Shown piece by piece: positions 9,244 through 17,890 of a DNA stretch of 64,000 nucleotides. Both the position numbers and the translations under genes were made by a program. The stretch's first letter is position 1, and each line of letters opens with the position of its first letter. The notes beneath the pieces were generated by a model. It searched no databases. It was not told where the DNA came from and saw only the letters and a list, made by a program, of their open reading frames with translations. This DNA comes from Anaerolineales bacterium (GTDB taxonomy: Bacteria > Chloroflexota > Anaerolineae > Anaerolineales > UBA6663). Location of the stretch: NCBI GenBank assembly GCA_034434015.1, contig DAOUAB010000111.1:2208-66207 (forward strand), given 5' to 3'.

Positions 9244-10917
9244 ATGGCCGTCTGGAAGTTCCACAGCCCGTTCCTCGATGAGGTCAAGGCCAAAGGCCTC
9301 GGACCGGCGCTCCTGTTCAAAACCAACGAGGTGGTCGAGCGCGTCACCGCCGGCCTGGATATCGAGGACATCCGTTCGATGCTGCGCGGCGACCCCGCGC
9401 CGAAGCCGAACCCGCGCGTCCGGCCGCACGCCGACGGCTTCTGGTTCCACATGCGGCCGACGTACTACCATAACCTCACGGCCGGCATCTACCCCTCCTT
9501 CCGGCTGGGCTGGCTGTCCACTTATTTTTTTGCGTTCGAGATCATCACCGGCCTGTTCCTGATGATTTTCTACACGCCGTCGCCGCTGGTGGCCTACGAG
9601 AACATGCTCAACATCCTGAGCAATGTGCCCTTCGGCCGCCTGATGCGCGACCTGCACAAGCTGGGCGCGGAGATGATGGTGATCGTGGTCGTGCTGCACA
9701 TGGCGCGCACCTTTTTCACCGGCTCCTACAAGAAGCCGCGCCAGTTCACCTGGCTGACGGGCGTCATCCTGCTGGCGGTCACCCTGGTGCTCTCGTTCTC
9801 GGGTTATCTGCTGCCGTGGGACCAGCTGTCCCTCTGGGCGGTGACCATCGGCGCCTCGATGGTGGAAGCCATCCAGCCGCAGGTGGTGGGCGATTTCGTC
9901 AATCTGATCGTGCGCGGCGGCCCGCAGTTCAATGAGGGCGGCCTGCTGCGCTGGTACCTGGCGCACGTGCTCCTGCTGCCCGTAATCGGCATCATCTTCA
10001 CCGGCGTGCATTACTACAAGGTGGTCCTGCACGGCCACGGCCTGCCGCCGGAGGTGGAGCCGGTGGGCGAGGACACCGCCAAGCGTATCCCCATGGACCA
10101 GCGCACGTACTTCATGCCGGACATCCTCACGCGCGAGCTGTTGCTCTTCGCGCTGGTGACGGCCGGCATGATCTTCGCCGCGACCTTCTTCTACCACGCC
10201 CCGCTGGAGCCGCACGCGGATCCGCTGGTGACGCCGCTGCACACCACCGCGCCCTGGTACTTCCTGTGGATCCAGGGCATGCTCAAGATCGGCGACAAGT
10301 TCTTCTGGGGCATCATCGCGCCGGGCATCCTCACCGGGATCCTGTTCGTGCTGCCGTATGTGGAGGTCGGCCCCAGCCGGCGCTACGGCGACCGGCGCGT
10401 GGGCCTGACCATGGGTCTGGTCCTGGCGGCGTTGATGGCCATCCTGTCCTACATGGGCACGCCGAAATACGCCGTGGCCAGCTCCATCGACCAGGAGATC
10501 GTGGCCGAGCTGCTGCCGCAGACGCACCCCGGCCCGTTCCGCCAGTCGAACTGGGGCGAGTTCCGCACCGCGCCCAAGACCGCCGAGAACCCGACCGGTC
10601 GGGCGACCTACGCCGCGGCCGAGTGGGAGCAGGCGCCGACCGCGGCCCTGCAGAACCTCCTGCACCAGATGGAGGAGGAGCTTGAGATCGCCCGTGGCAA
10701 GGCCGAGCGCGGGCTGCGCCAGGACCAGGGCGCGCTGAAGGACGGCCAGGGCTTCATGCTGATCGAGGACTGGGCGCCCGGTCTGAAGCGCGTGACGTTC
10801 CGCATCATCTGGGAAGGCGGCCCGGAGGACGGCGCCGTCTGCCAGGTGGGGGCCGCGAGGGAGTTCTGCCAGACGACGTTCATCCACCGCGAATCGAACT
10901 ACCGGCAGGGCCCGTGA
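9244..10917 (+). CDS. Cytochrome b (fused b6-like and subunit-IV-like halves) with about 150-aa C-terminal extension
   Basis: LLPWDQLSLWAVTIG (cyt b6-like) and PWYFLWIQG (subunit IV PEWY-like). Multiple TM segments. Hydrophilic tail from about aa 408. Confidence 0.85.
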   Translation: MAVWKFHSPFLDEVKAKGLGPALLFKTNEVVERVTAGLDIEDIRSMLRGDPAPKPNPRVRPHADGFWFHMRPTYYHNLTAGIYPSFRLGWLSTYFFAFEIITGLFLMIFYTPSPLVAYENMLNILSNVPFGRLMRDLHKLGAEMMVIVVVLHMARTFFTGSYKKPRQFTWLTGVILLAVTLVLSFSGYLLPWDQLSLWAVTIGASMVEAIQPQVVGDFVNLIVRGGPQFNEGGLLRWYLAHVLLLPVIGIIFTGVHYYKVVLHGHGLPPEVEPVGEDTAKRIPMDQRTYFMPDILTRELLLFALVTAGMIFAATFFYHAPLEPHADPLVTPLHTTAPWYFLWIQGMLKIGDKFFWGIIAPGILTGILFVLPYVEVGPSRRYGDRRVGLTMGLVLAALMAILSYMGTPKYAVASSIDQEIVAELLPQTHPGPFRQSNWGEFRTAPKTAENPTGRATYAAAEWEQAPTAALQNLLHQMEEELEIARGKAERGLRQDQGALKDGQGFMLIEDWAPGLKRVTFRIIWEGGPEDGAVCQVGAAREFCQTTFIHRESNYRQGP

Positions 10918-10948
10918 GCGACAGAAAGGCGAGGTCTAGGAACACACC

Positions 10949-11836
10949 ATGGTCTGGCGAGTCATCCTGGGAACGGTGAGCGTCGTCTTCATGATGGTCG
11001 TGCTCGGCTTTGTGGCTGTCACCGAGCAGGACCGCATGGCGAGCTTTGAGCGAGCGTACAACGCGCGGCAGATTGAAGTCGGCGCTCAGCTCTTCGAGGC
11101 GAACTGCCAGTCCTGCCACGGCGCGCAGGGCCAGGGCGCCGAGGGCGTGGCCCCGGCGCTGAACGCCGTGGACCTGTTCGACGGTTCGCGCCTGAGCGCG
11201 ATCGAGTGGCAGGGCACGGTGGAAGCCTACGTGCGCGGCGCCATCAACGCCGGGCGCCCGCGCGCTTCGGCCGATTTCGCCAACTACCCGGCCCGCATGC
11301 CGGCCTGGGGCCAGGCCTACGGCGGCCCGCTGCGCTCGGACCAGGTGGAATCCCTGGTGCTGTACATCATGAACTGGGGCGAGGCCTTCAAGGACGCCAG
11401 CGGCAACTACGTCGCCGCGGCGACGCCTACGCCCAACCCGAACGCGGTCGGCGACGATCTGGCCGTGGAACTGCCGGCCGGCGACGCGGCGAACGGCCAG
11501 ACGCTGGCTCAGCAGCGCGGCTGCACCGGCTGTCACGTCGCGGCGACGGCGGGCCAGACGCTGGTCGGTCCGGCCTGGCTGGCGGCGCAGTCGCCGGACA
11601 ACAAGGGCGTGGCCGACCACGCCGCCGAGCGTTATCAGGCGGCCGATTACACCGGCCAGGCGACCAGCCCGGAGCTGTATCTGCTCGAGTCCATCATCCT
11701 GCCCAGCGCCTATATCGTCCCGGGCGCCAACTACGCCGCGCCCACCGGCCAGTCGCTGATGCCGAACACGTACACGCAATCCCTCACCAAGCAGGAAGCC
11801 GCCGACCTGATCGCTTACCTGCTGACGGTGCGGTAG
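10949..11836 (+). CDS. Membrane-anchored dihaem c-type cytochrome
   Basis: N-terminal TM helix. Two haem-binding motifs, CQSCH and CTGCH. Last gene of the Rieske/cyt b operon. Confidence 0.75.
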   Translation: MVWRVILGTVSVVFMMVVLGFVAVTEQDRMASFERAYNARQIEVGAQLFEANCQSCHGAQGQGAEGVAPALNAVDLFDGSRLSAIEWQGTVEAYVRGAINAGRPRASADFANYPARMPAWGQAYGGPLRSDQVESLVLYIMNWGEAFKDASGNYVAAATPTPNPNAVGDDLAVELPAGDAANGQTLAQQRGCTGCHVAATAGQTLVGPAWLAAQSPDNKGVADHAAERYQAADYTGQATSPELYLLESIILPSAYIVPGANYAAPTGQSLMPNTYTQSLTKQEAADLIAYLLTVR

Positions 11837-11854
11837 ACGCCGCCCGCCTCAGAT

Positions 11855-11898
11855 AAAAGCCGCCGCCGGAGGGTTGAGCCTCCGGCGGCTTTTGTTTG
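11855..11898 (+). terminator. Intrinsic terminator (usable from both convergent genes)
   Basis: GCCGCCGGAGG-GTTGAG-CCTCCGGCGGC hairpin flanked by AAAA upstream and TTTTGTTTG downstream. Confidence 0.7.
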
Positions 11899-11939
11899 CT
11901 GTCCGGGCGGGCGCGATGAGGGGCGGACCCGCCTGCCGC

Positions 11940-13364
11940 TCACGGCAGTTGCCAGTCCCGGCCGAGGATCACGCGCACATCCACGGGGCTGCTCGGGTCC
12001 GCGCCATTGACGATGTTGGTGACGTTGAAGAGGCGGGCCAGGTAGCGGGTGGTGGCCGGCTTGCCGGTGTAGTCGATGATCACTGAATTGGCGTAGTCCG
12101 AGCGGTCGGCGGTGTCGTAGCGGGCCACGGCTATGCCCTGGCTCTGCAGCCATTCGGACGTGCTGCGCGCCAGGCCTTCCACGCCGGCGCCGTTGAGCAC
12201 CTCCACCCGGGCGGCCTCGGCCTCCAGCTCGGCCGGGTCGTCCTGGCCGCGCGGGGAGAACGGCGCGGAGGAAGTGAAGAGCTGGTCGCGCAGCTCGCGG
12301 ATTTTGTCGCGCAGCGGGACGAGGACCTGGCGACCCTCGGGTGTGGTGTAGTCCAGCACGTACTGATAATCGATCACGGCCTGGACGATGTTCTCGCGCG
12401 GGATGTCCTGCCCGAGCAGAGCCAGCGACACGATCTGGTCCAGCGTCAGGTCGGTCTGGATGCTCTCGTTCAGCGTCTGGTACAGCGCCGGCGCTTTCAG
12501 GATGAGCTGGGGCAGCATGTTCAGGCTGAAGACCTTGTCGCGCACGGCCATCACCACCTGCTGCTGGCGGCCGGCGCGCTCCACGTCCGAGGAGTCGTGG
12601 CGCGTGCGCGCATAGCGCAGGGCGTCATGGCCGTTCAGGTGCTGGCGGCCGGCCGGCAGGTAGAAGGGCTCGTAGCCGTAGGCGCCATCCGGGTACCAGG
12701 GGTCGGCGATGTCGGCCGGATTGTCCACCTCGATCCCGCCGACGGCGTCGATCAGGGCCTCGAAGGCCGTGAAGTCCAGGCGGACGTAGTGGTTGACGGT
12801 GACCCCCAGGTTGTGTTCGACCGTCTTGACCGCCAGCGCCGGCCCGCCGCCCGGATACTGGTAGGCGTCGCCGGTGAAATTCGCGGTGTTGATCGTGTCG
12901 TTGGCGTAGCCCGGAACCTCCACCCACAGGTCGCGCGGGATGGACAGGATCACGGCGGATTTGGCCACCGGGTCCACCGACGCGAGCATCATCGAGTCGG
13001 TGCGGTAGGCGCGGTCGGTCTCGCCGGCGCGCCGGTCGATGCCGAGCAGCAGGACGGTCACCCGGTCGGTGCCGGACCAGCGTTGGGGGATGATGGGGTC
13101 GGGCGCCGGGTTGACCCCGCCGCCGGCCCCGCCGCCAGTCCCGCCGCCGGCCCCGCTGTCGAGCTGCGGCCCCCCGCCCGGCCCGCCGGCGCCCGTCATT
13201 TGCCAGCCGGCCACGAAATCCCGCACGCTGGTGAACACCAGATAACCGGCCAGCGCCGTGGCGACGACGAACATGGCAACCAGGCCGCCGACGGCCCAAC
13301 TCGGGATGATGGGCTCGCGGCGGCGGCGGTTGACGCGGGATGTGACGCGTGGAGTCTGATTCAT
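11940..13364 (-). CDS. LytR-CpsA-Psr (LCP) family cell-envelope glycopolymer transferase
   Basis: ATG at MNQTPRV (the track ORF starts 27 nt upstream at GTG). TM anchor and Gly-rich linker. LCP core RTDSMMLASVDP...ILSIPRD. C-terminal LytR_C-like domain. Confidence 0.85.
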   Translation of the reverse strand: MNQTPRVTSRVNRRRREPIIPSWAVGGLVAMFVVATALAGYLVFTSVRDFVAGWQMTGAGGPGGGPQLDSGAGGGTGGGAGGGVNPAPDPIIPQRWSGTDRVTVLLLGIDRRAGETDRAYRTDSMMLASVDPVAKSAVILSIPRDLWVEVPGYANDTINTANFTGDAYQYPGGGPALAVKTVEHNLGVTVNHYVRLDFTAFEALIDAVGGIEVDNPADIADPWYPDGAYGYEPFYLPAGRQHLNGHDALRYARTRHDSSDVERAGRQQQVVMAVRDKVFSLNMLPQLILKAPALYQTLNESIQTDLTLDQIVSLALLGQDIPRENIVQAVIDYQYVLDYTTPEGRQVLVPLRDKIRELRDQLFTSSAPFSPRGQDDPAELEAEAARVEVLNGAGVEGLARSTSEWLQSQGIAVARYDTADRSDYANSVIIDYTGKPATTRYLARLFNVTNIVNGADPSSPVDVRVILGRDWQLP

Positions 13365-13474
13365 ATATGACTTACCAATAAACTTACACACCGATTGACG
13401 CTGGCATTATATATCACCAGGCCGCCACGGTTCAGTTCGTTAGTCCGTTAGCGCCTCGCCCGAGGCCAACGCGC

Positions 13475-15427
13475 TCACTCCGCCAGGGCCCCCCACTCAT
13501 CCAGCCGGGCCGTGATCTCGGCTTCGAGCCGGGCGTATTCCGACCCCAGCGCGCCGGCCCGCGCCGCGTCCAGGCCGGGCGTCTCCAACTCGCGCGCCAC
13601 GCTGGCCTTGCGCTGTTCCAGGGCCTCGATCAACGCCTCCAACTCGGCCAGCCGGGCCGCCCGCCGCTGGAGCTGGTTCTTGCTCGGTCTGGGCGCCGCG
13701 CCAACAACTGCCCGTGGCCCTTGCGCCCTGGCTCTGGGCCCGTCTTCCTTGAGACCGGAGAGACGCGCTTTCTCCTGCGCCTCCCGCCAGGCGGTGTACT
13801 CGCTCCAGCTGCCCGGGAAGACCTCCAGCCGGCCGTTCTCCACCGCCCAGACCTGCGTGGCCAGATCGTCAATCAGGTAGCGGTCGTGCGAGACCAGCAG
13901 GATCGTACCGGCGAACTCATCCAGGACCGACTCCAGGATCTCCTGCGACGGAATATCCAGGTGGTTGGTCGGCTCGTCCAGCAGCAGCAGATTGGCGCCG
14001 GTCAGGGCCAGCTTGGCCAGGGCCAGCCGGCCGCGTTCCCCGCCGGAGAGCACGGCGACTTTCTTGAAGGCGTCGTCCCCGCTGAACAGGAACTTGCCCA
14101 GGTAATCGCGCGCTTTGCCCGGCGGAAGCGCCTGCGCCGCCAGCACCTCCTCCAGAACGGTCCGTTCCGGGTCCAGGTCCTCGTGGGCCTGAGCGAAGTA
14201 GCCGATCTTCAGGCTGCTCCCCAGCTTGACGGCGCCGCGCAGCGGCGGCACCTGGCCGAGCAGGGTCTTGAGGAGCGTGGTCTTGCCGGCGCCGTTCGGG
14301 CCGATGACGGCCGCGCATTCGCCGCGCCAGAGCAGCAGGTCCGGCACCTGGAAGAGGACGCGCCCGTCGTCGGCGTAGCCGATGGCCAGGTCCCGCGTCT
14401 CGATCACGCGGTCGCCGGAGCGCAGGTCGGTCTCCATACGCAGCTGGATGGCCTCGGCCGCCCTCGGCTTGAGCGCCAGGTCGCCGGGCGTCCCCATCAG
14501 GCGCTCCAGCCGCCGCAGGCGGCCCCGGGCCTGGCGCGTGTTCTGCCCGGCCAGGTTGCGGCGGATGAAATCCAGCTCCCGGGCGATGAACGTCTGCTGG
14601 GCCTCGAACTCGGCCATTTGCCGGGCGCGGCGCTCGTCGCGCTGCAACAGGTAGGCCGAGTAGTTGCCGCGGTACTCCGTCAGCGCGGCCCCGGCCTGTC
14701 CCGGCGCGGTCTCCAGCGCCCAGACGTGTTGCGCGACCCGGTCCATGAAGTAGCGGTCGTGCGAGACGAGCAGGACGGCACCCGGCCAGTCGTTCAGCCA
14801 GCCCTCCAGCCATTCGACGGCGCGCAGGTCGAGGTGGTTGGTGGGCTCGTCCAGGATGAGCAGGTCCGGCGCCTCGAGCAGCAGCCGGCCGAGCAGGGCG
14901 CGCGTCTTCTGGCCGCCGGAGAGCAGGCGCAACGGCCGGTGGTAGTCGTCCGGCGCGAAGTTGAGGCCGGAGAGCACGGTCCGGATGCGGTGCTCGTAGG
15001 CGTAACCGCCGTCCAGCTCGAACTCGTGCTGGAGCGCGCCGTATTTTTCGAGAAGGGCGGCGTGGCGGGCCGGGTCGAGCCGGTCCGCCTCGGCCAGGCT
15101 CGCCTCCAGCCGGGCCAGTTCGGCCTCGCGGGCGCGCAGGTCGGCGAAGGCCAGCAGCATCTCGTCCCAGACGGTCCGCGCGGTTTCGGCCGCTTCCCAG
15201 GTGACCTCCTGCGGCAGATAGCCCAGGCGCGCGCCCCGCGCCCGCTGGACGACGCCGTGCGACGGCTCCTCCAGCCCGGCCAGGACGCGCAGCAGCGTGG
15301 TCTTGCCGGCGCCGTTCGGCCCCACCAGCGCGATCCGGGCGCCGTGCGGCACGCTGACGTCCACGCCGGCGAAGATATCGGCCGCGCCGTAGGACTTTGC
15401 AAGTTGTGTGCCGACGAGAAGGGACAT
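13475..15427 (-). CDS. ABC-F family ATPase (two ABC cassettes, C-terminal coiled coil; Uup/EttA-like)
   Basis: Start at MSLLVGTQL. Walker A GPNGAGKTT occurs twice, with LSGGQ/LSGGE signatures. No TM domain. Arg/Ala-rich C-terminal helix. Confidence 0.85.
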   Translation of the reverse strand: MSLLVGTQLAKSYGAADIFAGVDVSVPHGARIALVGPNGAGKTTLLRVLAGLEEPSHGVVQRARGARLGYLPQEVTWEAAETARTVWDEMLLAFADLRAREAELARLEASLAEADRLDPARHAALLEKYGALQHEFELDGGYAYEHRIRTVLSGLNFAPDDYHRPLRLLSGGQKTRALLGRLLLEAPDLLILDEPTNHLDLRAVEWLEGWLNDWPGAVLLVSHDRYFMDRVAQHVWALETAPGQAGAALTEYRGNYSAYLLQRDERRARQMAEFEAQQTFIARELDFIRRNLAGQNTRQARGRLRRLERLMGTPGDLALKPRAAEAIQLRMETDLRSGDRVIETRDLAIGYADDGRVLFQVPDLLLWRGECAAVIGPNGAGKTTLLKTLLGQVPPLRGAVKLGSSLKIGYFAQAHEDLDPERTVLEEVLAAQALPPGKARDYLGKFLFSGDDAFKKVAVLSGGERGRLALAKLALTGANLLLLDEPTNHLDIPSQEILESVLDEFAGTILLVSHDRYLIDDLATQVWAVENGRLEVFPGSWSEYTAWREAQEKARLSGLKEDGPRARAQGPRAVVGAAPRPSKNQLQRRAARLAELEALIEALEQRKASVARELETPGLDAARAGALGSEYARLEAEITARLDEWGALAE

Positions 15428-15568
15428 GGGAGCGGGCGGACGGTGTGGCCTGAAAGCGATGCGGACGGAGGCGATTATACCAACCGGGCCGGGAGGGAAG
15501 AGGCCGGGCCCCCCGGCGCCTTCGGGCTTTTGGGCTGACCCGTCCGCCTGGCAGACAGCCATCACCGA

Positions 15569-15655
15569 TGTCATGCCGGCGAAAGCCGGCCTCCAGGAGC
15601 AGAAGCTCACCGAAGAGCGGGAGCTTCCGGGCCCCGGCCTTCGCCGGGGCGACGG
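15569..15655. repeat. Inverted pair of GNRA-hairpin repeat units (same family as at 25.1-25.5 kb)
   Basis: GTCATGCCGGCGAAAGCCGGCCTCCAGG (15569..15596) and, in opposite orientation, CCCCGGCCTTCGCCGGGGCGACGG (15631..15655). Confidence 0.5.
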
Positions 15656-15767
15656 TGGCAATGGTTGCGCCCAGGCGCGGCGGCCGGGAGATTGACCACC
15701 AGCGGCGAAGGCACGCGGGCCCCTCACGGTCGGGCGCGGGCTGCGCCTTTGGGCTATAATCGCTGAC

Positions 15768-16184
15768 GTGCAAGATGAGCCTTCTAATCAGCTCAGTCTG
15801 AGCCTGACGGCCTGGGCGCTGGCCCTCATCGGCTGGGGCGGCCTGGTCGGCCTGGTCAGCACCGTCGATCCGCGCGTCGGCCCGTTGCCCATCTGGGGCT
15901 TCTTCGTGCTGTGGCTGATGGCGCTGACCGGCACGGCCGTGCCGTTCGTGGGCTACCTCAACCGCCGCTTTGCGCGCGGGCCGGTGGCGGCGGGCGTCCG
16001 GCTGCGCCAGTCGTTGTGGGTCGGCGTCTTTGGCGCGACCTGCGCCTGGCTGGAGTTGCGCAACCTGTTCAGCTCAACTCTGGCCGCGCTGGTGCTGATC
16101 GCCCTGATCGGCGCCGAGTGGTTCCTGCACCTGCGCGAGCGCGCCCGCTGGTCCCCCGACTCCGCCTCCGATGAGTCTGCGTGA
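15768..16184 (+). CDS. Small integral membrane protein (about 4 TM), unknown function
   Basis: Hydrophobic segments throughout. GTG start. The 3' end overlaps the selA start by 14 nt. Confidence 0.5.
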   Translation: MQDEPSNQLSLSLTAWALALIGWGGLVGLVSTVDPRVGPLPIWGFFVLWLMALTGTAVPFVGYLNRRFARGPVAAGVRLRQSLWVGVFGATCAWLELRNLFSSTLAALVLIALIGAEWFLHLRERARWSPDSASDESA

Positions 16185-17511
16185 CCTCCCCTCGGTGGAG
16201 AAGTTGCTGGCCCAGGCCGGCGACCTCATCGCCGAGTATGGCCGGCCGTTGACGGCCGACAGCCTGCGCGCCGCCGTGGACGCCGCCCGCGCCCGGCTGC
16301 TGGCGGCGCCGGACGCCGCCGCGCCGACGACGGAGGTCCTGCTGGGCGCGGCCCGGCGCGAGCTGGCGGCCCTGGCCGCCCCGACCCTGCGCCCGGTGAT
16401 CAACGCCTCCGGCGTGATCCTGCACACCAACCTGGGGCGCGCGCCGCTCTCGGCGGCCGCCCGGGCGGCGCTGGAGGCCGCCGCCGCGCACTATTCGACG
16501 CTGGAGTACGACCTGCACCGGGGCGAGCGCGGCTCCCGGACGGTCCACGCCGAGCGCCTGCTGACCCGGCTGACCGGCGCGGAGGCGGCGCTGGTGGTCA
16601 ACAACTGCGCGGCGGCCCTGCTGCTCATCCTGAGCGCGCTGGCCCGGGGGCGCGGCGTGCTGGTTTCACGCGGACAACTGGTGGAGATTGGCGGCGGTTT
16701 CCGGGTGCCGGACGTTATGCGGCAGTCCGGCGCCCGGCTGGTGGAGGTCGGCACCACCAACCGCACACACCTGGATGATTTCCGGGCGGCGCGCGATGAC
16801 CGGACGGCCCTGATCCTGCGCGCCCACCACTCCAATTTCAAGATCATCGGCTTTACGGCTGAACCGGCGCTGGGCGAGCTGTGCGGGCTCGGCTTGCCGG
16901 TGGTGGACGACCTGGGCTCCGGCGCGCTGCTGGACACCGCCGCCTACGGCCTGGCCCACGAGCCGATCGTGCAGGAGTCGCTCGCCGCCGGCGCGGCCGT
17001 GGTGGCCTTCTCCGGCGACAAACTGCTGGGCGGGCCGCAGGCGGGCCTGATCGTCGGCCGGGCGGACCTGCTGACGAAGATCAAGAAGCACCCGCTGGCG
17101 CGCGCCGTCCGGGCCGATAAGCTCACGCTGGCGGCGCTGTCGGCCACACTGCTGCACTATCTCAAGGACGAGGCGACGCGCGCCGTCCCGATCTGGCGCA
17201 TGATCGCCATGCCGCTGGCCGAGATCGAGGCGCGGGCCGCCCGCTGGCGCGACGCGCTGGGCGTGGGCGAGGTGGCCGCCGCCGAGAGCACGATCGGGGG
17301 CGGCAGCCTGCCGGGCGAGACCCTGCCGACGCGCGTCCTGGCCCTGCCGGTCGCCGCGCCCAACGCTGTGGCCGCGAAGCTGCGCGCGCTGCCCGCGCCC
17401 ATCATCGCCCGCGTCGCCGACGGGCGCGTGCTGCTGGACCCGCGCACCGTCGCCGAGGCCGAGGATGTGAGCCTGTTAGAAGGATTGAGGGCCGTGCTGC
17501 GTCGGGCGTGA
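16171..17511 (+). CDS. selA: L-seryl-tRNA(Sec) selenium transferase
   Basis: Blocks matching E. coli SelA as I recall it: LRPVINASGVILHTNLGRA, EYDL, VSRGQLVEIGGGFRVPDVMRQSG, EVGTTNRTH, FSGDKLLGGPQAGLIVGR (PLP lysine) and RADKLTLAAL. Confidence 0.9.
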   Translation: MSLRDLPSVEKLLAQAGDLIAEYGRPLTADSLRAAVDAARARLLAAPDAAAPTTEVLLGAARRELAALAAPTLRPVINASGVILHTNLGRAPLSAAARAALEAAAAHYSTLEYDLHRGERGSRTVHAERLLTRLTGAEAALVVNNCAAALLLILSALARGRGVLVSRGQLVEIGGGFRVPDVMRQSGARLVEVGTTNRTHLDDFRAARDDRTALILRAHHSNFKIIGFTAEPALGELCGLGLPVVDDLGSGALLDTAAYGLAHEPIVQESLAAGAAVVAFSGDKLLGGPQAGLIVGRADLLTKIKKHPLARAVRADKLTLAALSATLLHYLKDEATRAVPIWRMIAMPLAEIEARAARWRDALGVGEVAAAESTIGGGSLPGETLPTRVLALPVAAPNAVAAKLRALPAPIIARVADGRVLLDPRTVAEAEDVSLLEGLRAVLRRA

Positions 17512-17562
17512 TTCCGGGTTGCGTGGCCCGCACACTACGCACTACGCTGTACCTGCCAGCGC

Positions 17563-17823
17563 ATGTCTGCTCAATTCCCGCCTGACGCCGACCCCCGGAC
17601 GCTGCGCGATTACCTGCGCCGGGTCGAGGCCGCCCTGGAAGCCGTGGAGCGGCGGCTCAGGCGCTTCGAGGACGAGTTCGGCATGGACTCGGAAGTGTTC
17701 TACGCCCGGCTGCACAACGCCGGGCTGGACGAGCGCGTGGAGTACGCCGAGTGGGCCGGCGAGCACGCGATGCGCCTGCGCCTGGTCCGGCAGCGGGACG
17801 AACTGCGGGGGAGATTGAAGTAA
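17563..17823 (+). CDS. Small helical protein (86 aa), unknown function
   Basis: ATG start and intergenic placement. Charged helical sequence ...FEDEFGMDSEVFYARLHNAGLDERVEYAEWAG... Confidence 0.4.
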   Translation: MSAQFPPDADPRTLRDYLRRVEAALEAVERRLRRFEDEFGMDSEVFYARLHNAGLDERVEYAEWAGEHAMRLRLVRQRDELRGRLK

Positions 17824-17890
17824 CGCACAGCGCACAAGGCCCGGCGCACAATGGAGAATGGCGCATTGTGCCTTCAGATAGGAGAGCGCA

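Noticed and set aside
9214-10887. 557-aa minus-strand ORF mirroring the cytochrome b gene. Similar shadow ORFs occur at 13721..15538 (+), 13917..15773 (-), 17657..19021 (-), 20313..21722 (-), 49564..51321 (-) and elsewhere.
   Set aside because: All overlap genes with strong family signatures on the other strand or frame, and all translate to Arg/Gly/Pro/Ala-rich junk. They are GC-driven shadow ORFs.
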